Source: Antedon mediterranea
Lineage: Eukaryota; Animalia; Echinodermata
DNA: 64,000 nucleotides
Assembly (NCBI RefSeq): GCF_964355755.1
Contig: NC_092672.1
Location: 21,527,237-21,591,236 of the forward strand
Direction of reading: 5' to 3'
In this document: piece by piece, positions 1 to 11,815 of the stretch
How the letters are laid out: every line of letters begins with the position of its first letter
How positions within the stretch are numbered: position 1 is the first letter of the stretch
The notes under the pieces: model-generated
What the model was told of the DNA's origin: nothing
Database searches by the model: none
What the model saw: only the letters and a program-made list of their open reading frames with translations
Program-made: the position numbers and the translations under genes

Positions 1-1739
1 AGGGGGTCAGATAGTCACTTGATAGTGTTTTTTTTCACTTTTTGACGATCCCGTCTACCCCCTAAAGTGCTCTGTACCTTGTGATTTTTATTATTTATAA
101 AAGACGAAATAAATCAAATGCATAGATTATAAATAATTACAATATTGTTTATCATGTGGATGGACGATTGTGTTTATAACCCTTTGATTAACCCCACACC
201 TCATAGGATACATACAGCATAAAACAATTACGGCCTAGACTCTGCTTCTACAGATCATTTATTGAGACTATTCAGGCCACTGGTTCCTTCTAAGCATGCA
301 CAATACAATTGTGTCATCATCTCCAATGAATCCTTTGCTTACAAGTAATCAAAGTGGTGGTGAAGCAGGTTGATTTGACAGGTTTCCATGTTATTTCATT
401 GCCCCTTGTTTAGTCTCGGTTATATTTATTATAGTACGTTAACACAACTTCTGTAACACAAGGCAAACTAGTGCTGGTCTATTGATACTAACATTAAGAA
501 ATCTTCTGACAGACTTATAGCTGGTTTATATCCATTGTTAATCTAATTTGTTTTAATTCTGAATTGTTTGACTTGGCATAACCATCTGGTATGCAAATAA
601 CCATCTGGTATGCAAACACAACAATCAAAGGCAGTGTCCTCATTATCACATTACCTGTACAAATTGTTGTACTTTATTATTAGGAATTTAAAAGAGAAAT
701 AAATGTTACCTTTGAGTTTGATTTTTAAATTACAGTATAACAAAGTTTTCTGAGAATAAGAACATGATATTTGGTATGATAATTATCTATAGATATATAT
801 CTCGAATACATAATAATTTCAGCGTTAAAAAACTGGCAATTTCAAATGTACGTACAATAATACATGCCGTTTACACTTACAGGAACGAATAAATAGACAC
901 TGATTTATGTACTCAACTAAAATTAGCACCCTGAGAATTACAATTTTTAAATATATTAAATATATTCTTTATCCATTTAGTAACGAAATATTAATTGTTT
1001 ACATGTTTTACAAATAATATATCACTAAACACAGTAAAACATTGCTATGTAATACTTTGTTGAAACTATCACCGTCCTAGTAGATTGAAATAGTACAGTA
1101 CATGTAACGATACATCACTGCGACGTGTATGTTTATATAATATGTAAAACAATTTGTGAAAACCACCTCTATTCGGGGAAAATCATAAAATCGATTTAAT
1201 CGTCAAATAAAAATTAAATTATCTAACTCAACTTTATTAGTAGGCCTAATGGTTTTCAATTGTTTCTTAGAGCCAATTCATACTTTGGTTCCTACCCTAC
1301 CCACCAAAGTTGTTCTGCGTTTAGGGGATGTGATGCACCGTAGGCCTATCCTCTACTGGCTTTACAACGGTACTCATGCCAGTGAAGGAAGGGTGATGAT
1401 GTGGGTGGTTTAAATGCAATAATAAAGATTTGTACATAATATACGGCGACTGAAAACGCTAGCTCATTATCCGTAAAAAAAAAATTATATCTAACCTCTG
1501 CAGCACAGATTGAAAAAAAAATGGATCGAATTTCTGTTATGAGTATACAGTACTTGCCTTTACGACGCCTGATGGAATAGACACTTGTGGAACAGAGATT
1601 GGAATGTTCTATTCATCGCAAATCAATACATTTGTATAAACGTATATTAAATCTATCAAAATAGTATTTTTTAAAGAAAAGCGGCCTGTCTTCAACATTA
1701 TGATGCTGTACTCGAGCTGTTTAACCGGTTTTCAGCCAT

Positions 1740-2060
1740 TAAAAACAATTATCGTAAGAGGAGATAGGAAAATGCGAAGCATCCTCGTATTATCGTCTGC
1801 GGGTATTTTTCAAGACGGACACCATTAGTCAGTGTATACCACGATCGAAAAACACGCCTATTTGGGGCAAATCGTTGAACCTAAATTCGTTTTAATCGTC
1901 AATAACTAATTATCTAACTAAATTTAATTAGTAAACAGGGTTACATCAGGTGGTTAAAATCAGTACCGAAAGTACGAACTAACTTTATATACCATCGAGT
2001 AAACATTCTAGAAATAACGCGCGATTTACCAAATTTTGCCCTTACGTAAATTTATATAGA
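1740..2060 (-). mobile_element. Helitron-like non-autonomous element, 5' end portion
   Basis: Minus strand reads A|TCTATATAAATTTACGTAAGGGC (TC start after A, typical of Helitron 5' ends). A near-identical copy lies at ~42780-43096 with different flanks, and a diverged internal repeat at ~1160-1240. No 3' end was located. Confidence 0.55.
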
Positions 2061-2099
2061 TTATGTGAAATATAATAATCTCTATGTGCTTAATTTCAG

Positions 2100-2198
2100 A
2101 ATAAAACATCACCCTTGTCTTATGCTGCCCAACTTGGTCACAGCAGCACATGTATGTGCCTGATTGAGGCAGGAGCAGATGTGAATGTTGCAGACGAG
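2100..2198 (+). CDS. Ankyrin-repeat exon 1 (99 nt, phase 0) of a multi-ankyrin protein gene, partial
   Basis: tttcAG|AAT...GAG|GTAAGT. Translates to NKTSPLSYAAQLGHSSTCMCLIEAGADVNVADE, which fits the ankyrin consensus TPLHxAAxxGHxxxxxxLLxxGADVN. Confidence 0.92.
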
Positions 2199-3524
2199 GT
2201 AAGTCATGCACACTTGTATTTAAGTGTCTCAAGTAATTGTATAATTTTAACAAAATATTTAACTTTTTTTTCCAATTTAAAAATGTTAGATTAATTTTTC
2301 ATAAAATCTTCAAATTGGAGTAGTAAATATCTTTAATGTAATAATTTTCTCTGATTTAATGTTGTAATTATAGATACAAAATCTTTACTCATCTTAAACC
2401 TTACATTATTTTAATGATTTACATTAATACATATACAACAAATACAATACATTAGTTTATATTTTGTAATGACAGTTTTGCCAAATATAATTGTGGCACA
2501 TTTCAACAAATTATTCAAACATTAATTTATCCACAAAATATCAATGATTAAAAATAAACTTAAAACTCTAATCGTGCCTTAAGTTGATCATTGACACTAT
2601 TTTAACTAAAATAAATACCGGTAACTTAAATTTAAAGTTTAGTTAGCAAAGTTCAAAAGGATGAACTAAAACACCTAATAAAAACCATAAAAGAGGCTAT
2701 ATGAGGATGCTTGTTTTTCTTGTCTTATCATTATTGAATGAATGTTATTGAATTGAATTCACAGCCTACACATACAATAATATACAATAATGACAAAATT
2801 TGATGTTTTAATTAAGTTTAACTAAAAATGAAAAACTACAATGTGTATTCCATGCGTACTGTACACCCATTTTTTATTGTTGCAAAGTTTCAAAATGACG
2901 CAATGAACTTTACTCCGTCCATTGGATTGAATGTTAAATTGACCAAATATATGTCCCGATAATGAACAGAACAGAGTATGCTCAGTATACTGTGCATAAG
3001 CATGCGCAGATTAATATGTTGTGTAGATTACCGTCCCCCTTCGTCTACAGTCCTGTCATAATGTCACTAGTAGGTTTTATTGTAAATTAACAGCACACTA
3101 CGTGCAACAGCTAATATTAAATAGTAGTACTAATCATTGTCAGTATTTTCATTTTTGTTGTAAATGTATAGTCAACAGATACCTCTTAGAATCAGGCTTC
3201 TGAGTCATGTCAGTCATACATTCTACTCATTCACCCTTTACCAAAAATTTGGGATTTTTAAAATGTCTTTCTTTCCATCATATATATTCATTTAGGACTG
3301 AAAATTTCATTCTTATAGTTTCATTCTACTGTAGAACAATAATACTCTCTTTGTCATTACATTCAACCTCTTACATTAACATTCAAATTAATTCAGAATA
3401 AACACATTTGGATGATGAAGCCTAAAACAAAAAACCAGAATAACTAAAAGACATATAAATTTTGATTTTTATATACATTACTTATACTACTTTTTATAGG
3501 TATAAAACATACAGTGCTAGTTAA

Positions 3525-5068
3525 AGGGGATTCTGGGTTTAAAATTGCTTTTAAATATCGTTTATTTATTAAATAACAAATATTAATAACAATAGACATG
3601 TCAGAATGAAGAAGTAATAATGAGAAATTAAATAAATTAATTTCATATACATTTTAGTTTAAAAAATTCATGCAAAGTCTGTTTTTCAGCAGCTTAGGGA
3701 AGCTCATTAATATTCATGAGATATTCACAAAATCACGTCATCAGTGGATTCTAAACTCGCGACGTCATGTACGTTGTGTTTGTTCACTAGTTTACATCTC
3801 TCTCCCTTGTCAAACGACGACCATCCGATCATTGTGAAATACATTTTTTGTAGATTTTCTAAGCTAGGCCTATTGTGTAATAACAGTATCATACAGGTAT
3901 ATTTATTTGACATTTAATGAAATACAAAATTTCAGTACAGATCATGGAGTCATAAATTATACTATTTTTATACCTCTATAGTACAGATCGTCTTCGGCTT
4001 CACGTACTAGCCTAAATCATTTTTTTTATGGGTGAGAGCCATTCTGACTAGGGATTCCATGCCACAATGGATGGCTACGTTAAAACATGGGGCCCATGGG
4101 CCTAGCTAGCCTACTAAACGATTGGCCCATAAATAACAAAACTCAGTGGATTCTAAACCCATCCTATCAACCAAACTCAATAATAAACAATATAACCTAA
4201 AACGTTCTACAAAATCGGCTGTAAATATTGAGGCAAAACAAGGTCCGATTGCCGTCCGCACGTATGGTGTCCCGATCGTCTAGTAGGCCTAAAATAGTTT
4301 ACTCTCCTAAAAAGCGGATATATTGCATCAAGCAAGTAGACCTAGCCGATCCGGCCCAGTTAAAAATTGAGCTAGCTAGTCTAGTAGACCCTATGCGAAT
4401 TGATACTACCAGTCCTTTTACTAGGCTACACTTGTTAAAATTAGCAATACTTATGTTTACAAATATTCCAACTCTCTCATTCGAGCTATATTATCTATAC
4501 CATTCCGGTAGGTCGAATCGACCTTCAATCAAATACTGTACATCGTTCATGTTGTGATTATAGACGGGGTATACTCGACCCGACCAGTTTGGTATTGTAT
4601 ACTGTATCTGCTTATCACGTGACAATGCCAGGAATGGGCAGAGAGCACGTTTATCGTCTCGCTCAGAAGGAATGTACAGACGTTACGCTTCATTGATTTT
4701 TAAGGGTTTTTCCCTATTGTCAGTGCGAAAATCGGCAAACGTAAACTGAATCTCCAAATGATTTTACACAATTGTGATGAATTTTCATAGAAAATTGACA
4801 TTATAAATGGGAAGACCGACTAAAATTACATCAGATAAGCATAATTTTACAAAAGTAATTGATATGGTTAATGATAACGAGTCGTCGGAAGATCGACCAT
4901 TTCACAAATTTTCCTATTCTGTAACACAGTGTCATATCGCCGTAGCTTCACTTCACAGCCTTCATTCTGCTTCACCGCTCACTTTATAATAAGTGAAACT
5001 TTTACCGTTCAAGAGACAAACAATTATATTTTATTTTTTACTATTAATTTTAAACCCGGAACCCCGCT
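3525..5068. mobile_element. Non-autonomous DNA transposon with TTAA TSD (Kolobok-like)
   Basis: TTAA|AGGGGATTCTGGGTTTAAAATT ... AATTTTAAACCCGGAACCCCGCT|TTAA imperfect TIRs. Absent from the paralogous site at ~40855. AG termini plus TTAA TSD match Kolobok. Confidence 0.8.
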
Positions 5069-5529
5069 TTAAAAGTAAATAATAGTCAACCAGAAATAAA
5101 ACTTGGTTTACTAAAGCTTTGGTTGCCAACGCAATGTAGGCGCTACGCAAGTGAGTAGTTGACCAATAAACAAGCAACAGTTCCGATAATCCATCACATT
5201 GTGATTGGTCAATTTGCTTGATTTAATTTACAAAAAAATTGGATAGACTACAGACAAATGACAGACTAAATGTTGGGACAAACAAACTTATTACATGCAA
5301 TTATTACTCAGTAATCACCTCTGTAGTCCCATGGGTTTTCTTTTAAATAGTTATTGATTACACTGCCTTAAAATATTCTTTAAATAATAATTGTTTAAAT
5401 GAATTTGACCAGGACCTTTACCATGCCAATCCATATCAATACTTTGAGTTACAATTGTAGAAATATATATTGATATTCATTTGTAGCTATACACTTATAG
5501 GCTTCATTATCTTAAGATTATTAGAGTAT

Positions 5530-5835
5530 GCGTAACAGCAGTTGATCATACGCACTGTTTATATTTTGTGTGGTGAAACGAGTACAGGGGTAGGCCTATA
5601 GCTACAGCAGTATCATCGTAATCACTGTTTATATTTTATGTGGTGTAGTAGGTACAGGGGTAGTCCTATGCTACAGCAGTATGATCATAATTACTGTTTA
5701 TATTTTATGTGGTGTAGTAGGTACAGGGGTTGTCCTATGCTACAGCTGTATGATCATAATCACTGTTTATATTTTATGTGGTGTAGTAGGTACAGGGGTA
5801 GTCCTATGCTACAGCAGTATGATCATAATCACTAT
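5530..5835 (+). repeat. 69-bp minisatellite (~4.5 units)
   Basis: Unit tatgatcataatcactgtttatattttatgtggtgtagtaggtacaggggtagtcctatgctacagcag; tggtgtagta recurs at 5641 and 5710. Confidence 0.9.
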
Positions 5836-5859
5836 AGGGCTGGAAGTCATTCAAATATA

Positions 5860-6156
5860 TAGGGTTGTAATTGTATTAAACTACTGTGGAGTAGGGAATA
5901 GGGCAAAACATCTGACCAATTACTCAACTCCCTGACGCAAAGCTACTCCACAGTAGTTTAATACAATTACGCTGCGTACTTGGGCTCGAATCTAACCACT
6001 AGCCATCAGCGCAAGTGGTCAGAGGTATGAACGGCAGGCTAGTGATCTGGAGGTCGTGGGTTCGTCTCCCACCCAAGAACTTTTTTCGCAAGTATTCTCA
6101 AATGTACTTAGTATGAAGTACAAATGACGTCAGAGTAGGGCAAAACATCTGAACAA
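5860..6156 (+). mobile_element. Small retro-type insertion with an internal tRNA-like segment, terminal direct repeat and inverted 5' fragment
   Basis: 13-bp TSD tcattcaaatata (5847-5859/6157-6169) and an empty site at ~41677. Perfect 28-bp inverted repeat (5867-5894/5943-5970). Direct repeat tagggcaaaacatctga (5899/6136). Pol III A/B-box-like TGGTCAGAGG ... GGTTCGTCTCCC at ~6016-6070. Confidence 0.75.
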
Positions 6157-6623
6157 TCATTCAAATATACCAAATTCTATATTGTGTGGTGTCTGGTACA
6201 GGGGTATGGCTACATCAGTATGGTCATACTCGCTTAGTGCTTAGTATGTGACCTGATTTTAGTGAAGGTGACAAAGTCACATTCCTCAAATATGTATCAT
6301 GTTCAAAGAGACTTTAATACCATATAACCATAACATCTTTATTATTTTGTCTGTTTTTGTTTATTGCATGCATCCATACATATGGGGAATAGAAAGTGAC
6401 CGCAATTAGGGCGAGGCGCCTCGGGGTAATGAGGTATCAAACTGACTGATTGTACTGTGAAGTTTTAAACTATAATTGTAACAGGTATTCTGTACTTACT
6501 AGTATAAGATATGTTTTTATTCAACTGTGATATTTTATGTAAAGGTTGTCATTTTGTTTTTTGTTTTATTATTAACAAAAATGTGCATTTCTCTAACATA
6601 TTTATTTTTAAAATGTTAAATAG

Positions 6624-6722
6624 AATGGCGAAACAGCATTGCATTGGGGTGCAGCAAATGGTCATGTTGATGTCTGCCAAATGTTGGTAGACATGGCAGC
6701 AGCAGTGGACCAACAAAATAAT
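6624..6722 (+). CDS. Ankyrin-repeat exon 2 (99 nt) with a non-canonical or mutated donor; possible pseudo-exon
   Basis: aatAG|AAT GGC GAA...; translates to NGETALHWGAANGHVDVCQMLVDMAAAVDQQNN. Followed by TTAAGT at 6723-6728 instead of GTAAGT. Confidence 0.85.
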
Positions 6723-7135
6723 TTAAGTCATAAATTAATGTTTGTATTGAGAACCATTCAGGATCAGAATCCTAAATTTTATTCTTCATTTTAGTTTAAA
6801 ATGCTTGTTCCTCAAACAGAATAGCACAAAATGTAGCCTAAGAATGGAATTATTTTATTATGGTATAGAGGCTACTTGTTAATGCCTTCATATTTTTTTC
6901 TTATTTGAAATTTTTATTAAATTGTCTAATTATTCTACATCTTGAATTTAACATATTTATACCATCAAGATAGTGCAGACAAGTCAACATTAACAACAAC
7001 AAAATAAACAAGTTTAAAATGCTATTTTTTGGGCCATTAAAAAGCTGCAGTTAATCTAGCAATCATTTGGTGGATTACTGTAATTTAGTTATTAATTCTC
7101 TATTAAATAAATGTCATGAAAACTATAATTAAATT

Positions 7136-7359
7136 TTATGACCTAATGACTGCTAAATTAATGTCATAAATATTATGACTTATGTGAAAATAGTCAATAC
7201 TGTACCAGGAAGCCCCGAAATTAGTGCTTCCTGTACTATACACTATAACTAGCGTATTCCGAGACTTAACATGTACCTTTAAATTGTCATAAATGTTATG
7301 ACCTAATGACTGCTAAATTAATGTCATAAATATTATGACTTATGTGAAAATAGTCAATA
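7136..7359 (+). repeat. 64-bp direct duplication spaced 160 bp apart
   Basis: ttatgacctaatgactgctaaattaatgtcataaatattatgacttatgtgaaaatagtcaata at 7136 and 7296. Confidence 0.85.
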
Positions 7360-8779
7360 GGCAGCTACCATGTCGCTCGAATAATACACGCTGTTATCTG
7401 CTGTATATAGCCCATCACTTTATAACTTCTTTGTTGAATCTAATATATTATTACCGAGTATAAGGTGGTTAGGAGCTATTAATACTAAGCTTTAGAGCTG
7501 AGTGGACATGGGCCGCTACTACTGGTAATTACACCAAAGTGTTTTGTGTATGATAATCGAAGTGCAGCTAGCTCTGCCAACAAATGCATGGATTAATACA
7601 TTCATTTATAAAAATAGTTTTTAACACTCAGCTAGCTTTTATCTCATTATCATAAATGAAAACAAAAAAGAATTGCCTTTTTCAACTACAAATAAAAACA
7701 TATCATCCAAACTAATAAAACAGAAAAAAAAAACAATTATTCAATCAATATTATAGTTTATCGGCAAAGTAAGTTGATATATTTATGTTTCATTATACAT
7801 TATATTAAACTAGTTAATGTCGATGTATACATTTATATAAAACAAGGTTTTGTTTATTAATTTCTCAGCGTTACTAAAATCAAAATATAAAACAAAACAA
7901 ATTATACGGCAAGTTTATGTAAATAAAAATAATTATAAGAGGAAATGTTTGTTATCGCTAAATTGTAGTATTTTGATAATATTGAAATCGATAAAAATCA
8001 AAATATGCATATTTTATGATTTTGTATACATTTTAGCTATGAATGGCCAAAATTAAAATAAAGGTCGATTTTGTTGAATCTACACAGACGTATAATGTTT
8101 GTACTGAAAAAAAAACGTGTTTATAGCGCTTAGATTGCTTAGTGCTTGAAGTTGCTTGTTGGTATGACAACTACAACTAATGCAGATCCTGCATTGTATC
8201 TGTCTCAGAATATTCTTGTTTAATCAATCTTTTTAAAACTGTTTTAATCATTACATTAGTAATGCTAATTTTAATACACGATTATAATATTATTGAATGC
8301 ATTTCATGCATTTCTCATTTGTTTCATGCTGCACAATTTTGATGTGTCAGGCACGTTTCTGATGGTAATGGTATCTTGGACCTTGTGTGAATGGATAAAA
8401 GGCAAACAACTTTGGGGAATACATTTTTGTTATACTGATGTTGTCACAAAAGTTTGTAGTTTTTCTGATTTCAGGATATGTTATTTGTAAAGTAATGGCA
8501 TAAAATTTAAACTGAATTCAAATTGAATCAAATATTAAACTTCTTCTTCTACTAAAATGTAGAGTAGACATTACTCTATACATTGATATAAAGAATTAAA
8601 TGTTTGAACAAGAAAAACTGTACTTATAGCTATTTTTTATCATACCCTACCTAAAATTGTTTAATAATCTAGAACTCAGTGTTTTGTTAACTTGTGTTCG
8701 TACATATTCATAGCTATAAACATGTGCATAACGATGCTTAAATTAAACAGAGTTATAGGCCTACCTATCATATAGTATA

Positions 8780-9630
8780 CTAGCAATTATACCCGCCCCA
8801 GGGTGGGTTTCAAAATTAGTTTACAGCCTTCTCAGTACATAACACCCGACGCCATGAGTATCTGTCTATACTCGCCAACCTCCACCCCTCTTCAATAACA
8901 CCCCATACTCTTTCTTAAAAACAAATTCTTCCCAGTGATGGACAAATTCAATTCAACCTAAGCTTCGAATTGAGAGGAGTATGCATAGCTACGATGGGTC
9001 TAATAATGGTTAAATGGTACGTTGTAAATTGTGTAAATGAATAGGTGTCATATTGGCTGATAATTAATATATGTAATTTAGATACTGCGGTCCCCAGCCT
9101 TCTTTCTCCTTTCACCACCCCAGCCACCAACAAACCTTGACTCCTCCCCTGGACAGTTCAAATTTAGTAACTTTTCCTAGTACAATCCAATCATATAGGA
9201 TGGATACTACACTACACCCCAGTACAAATTATGTTATTATCACTCCCAACCCATAATCCCTCAGTGGCAGTTTTCAAATACAGTTTCGGTCATGGTGATA
9301 GGCCTACATCCCCACCCCATCCGCTTCCCAGGGATGATTAAATACTTTAACATTTTCCAACCACAATTCTGATGTAAGCAAAATCCCCACTATCCCCTGA
9401 ACCCAAACCCTATCTCCCAACCCCACTCTCCCACAATGGGCGTTTTTCCCTTGGAGGATTGGTGGTGTAGTTGAACACAGTAACAGTAAACAACATTTGT
9501 ATGTTCACACAGGAATGGATGTTTGTACTGAGACAATCCAAGAGACCGATACATAGCTGGATATGGTTAAAGTACTTTGCTAAATGTGTAAATGAATAGG
9601 TGTCATATTGGTTAATGAATAAAATATGTA
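8780..9630 (-). mobile_element. Helitron non-autonomous element, 3' terminus at 8780
   Basis: Minus strand reads ACCCACCCTGGGGCGGGT hairpin + ataattg + CTAG|T. There is an ~80-bp internal direct repeat (~8985-9075/~9550-9630). The 5' boundary is uncertain. Confidence 0.65.
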
Positions 9631-10349
9631 TATCTATATCTATATCTATATTTCCCCAAACGCCTTGCTGAGGATAAATAAAATACTGTAAAACTTTTGT
9701 AGTATAATTTTACAATTCAATAGCCTACAACCCCGAGCCCTAGAAAAAAATGACATCACATACCATCATGTTTTTGGAGGACAATACATCTTTAAAAAAA
9801 CATAACCTAATGTCCTTGTTCTACATGGAACCCCCGCAGTTTAAACGCGGACAAAACCACAGAAGAATAGCTTCTCTTTGTTGAGCTATATTTGCTCACT
9901 TTATTTCTATCCATCCGTTCATCCGTTCATCCGTACAACAGAGAAACAATTGACACGGCGCCATGAAGCACGTCTCTAACGTATACTACGGCTTATCATA
10001 CATAATTCGTCGTTAAAATGGGCATACTATCATCATTATGTCTATCAAACCTAACTAATTCATAAGTAAATAATAATCTATAAGATTGTCTCCACACGGA
10101 GCATTAAAGGTGTACAACAACGTTAATACAACGTATCGCCTATTGTGCACAGCTCTCATACCATGAACAGTGACTACAAGACAACAAACCGTGACTAGCC
10201 TAATTTACATATCAAGGTATCAAGGTGCGATGTACATACATAACATGACTCCCTGCAAAGATAAATTATGAAACTGACAGTATCATCACTTTTGCTTTGC
10301 ATACACAACAATAGTGGCTCCTTGACGGGGAATTGATTACAATAATACT

Positions 10350-11815
10350 AACTACTGACATTCAATGATTGAAGTTTCTCCTTCATCTAATGTTCAAGCA
10401 GTATTGTTATAATGTTTTTTTATTGTCCTATAATTTCACACATAAATTAATTATTCCCTCAGATTTGAAATCAAAATAAAATGTACATTGACTTAGTAAT
10501 GTATTTAATAATTGCCCTGATTCAATACACAACTATTAATTTAGATTGTATACTGGCTTTTTCTTTTATCCAAATGTACATATGAAAAACATAAGCACTC
10601 ATTTTGAGGACTTGTGATGAGTTGAAAAACAAATAATAATATTATCAAGTTAAAGTTCAATACAATTTTTAGTCGCGTGGACGCGACTCTATAGTTCACT
10701 ATGTCGGTTGGTCGGTCTGTCGGTCTGTCTGTCGGTCCGTCGGTCCGGTATCACTATGCGTTTTAGCACGCGACTTATGGCTGTTGCCCTTGTTTTCGTA
10801 ATAGTCAAATGAATACAAAACAGAAAATATATGTAAGTTACACAATTTGTTTAAAAAGTAGCATGAAAACATATAAAATAAAATACATGATTAAAGGTAA
10901 TGACCATTACAGGAACCAGAACTTAAAATAAATAAATAAAATCAACAGAAATATAGAAAATAGCATATTATTTTCATCAGAAAAATTATTATATAAAAGT
11001 TTTTCTAATTAGAAACAATGGTTAAATCAAGACTATTCCACTCCATATTTGAGGTAAAACATAATTTTTTGTTTAAAATAATTGCCAAACTCTGCAATCC
11101 TCCAAAACACATAGCAAACCTCATTTAAACAACAAAAAAGTGATTGAATAAGTAGTGTACAACTCACTTGGTTTGTCAATTAAAATGTAAATATATTTTT
11201 GTTAAATACTTAAATTTGTGGTTAAGCATCATTTTTGGGTTTAAAAAATAATTTCTAAACCTTCACTCTCGAATTAGAGGGGGCGTAATCACCAGCCCAA
11301 ACAATGTTACAGTACTGTATAAGTAAAACATTTTATTTTAATTTCTTTAGAATACAAATAAATTTAGATATTTTATTTGATAAAAATTGTTGGCAGCCAA
11401 TAATCCAATTAAAAGACCAAGGAATGCTTCACTTATTAATTTTCCATTACAAAAATATAACAATTGTTGTGTGTAAGTTTATATCTAATACAATTTGTTT
11501 TAGCCATATTAATTAATAATTGGTTTGTAGTGAACCATTCACTAGCTTACTTAACTCTAAATTTAAAAAGTTTAACAATACATCAATATTGATATAAAAT
11601 TGTATATAGCGAAACAACTTGAAAATATCATGGATAACAACATCAAAAGTTTTTTGATAAATCTAGAAAAGTACTTATAAAATTAATTGTTTTTAAATGC
11701 AGTATTAACAGAATTAGTGAGTTCAAGAAAAGCATGACAAGTGGTATGGTATGCATACATATTTCAATATTTTTTTTTTAAATGGTTAAAATTAAGATTG
11801 GTAAATATTAAAATA
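10350..11815 (+). repeat. Segmental duplication block B, copy 1 (paralog ~28850-30225)
   Basis: Colinear identity, e.g. gattgtatactggctttttcttttatccaaatgtacatatgaaaaacataagcac at ~10544 and ~29041. Confidence 0.9.
10671..10793 (+). mobile_element. Mini HINE/DINE-like (Helentron-associated) element
   Basis: 5' AGTCGCGTggACGCGACT palindrome, (GTCG/GTCT)n microsatellite, 3' subTIR ACGCGACT, inserted in a T run. Empty site at ~29165. Confidence 0.8.

Larger units (their letters stand above)
2520..6345 (+). repeat. Segmental duplication block A, copy 1 (paralog ~37207-42750)
   Basis: Long colinear matches, e.g. gttcaaaaggatgaactaaa (2651/~39606), gaatcaggcttctgagtcatgtcag (~3189/~40514), cacattcctcaaatatgtatcat (~6278/~42679). 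The copies differ by separate TE insertions. Confidence 0.9.

Noticed and set aside
4228-4557. 109-aa ORF as a transposase of the TTAA element
   Set aside because: No THAP, DDE or other recognisable motifs.
5638-5935. Repetitive ORFs on the + strand
   Set aside because: They are translations of the 69-bp minisatellite, whose unit length is not conserved in the paralog.
6010-6075. tRNA gene
   Set aside because: Only box-like motifs with no convincing cloverleaf, and it lies in a TSD-flanked insertion.
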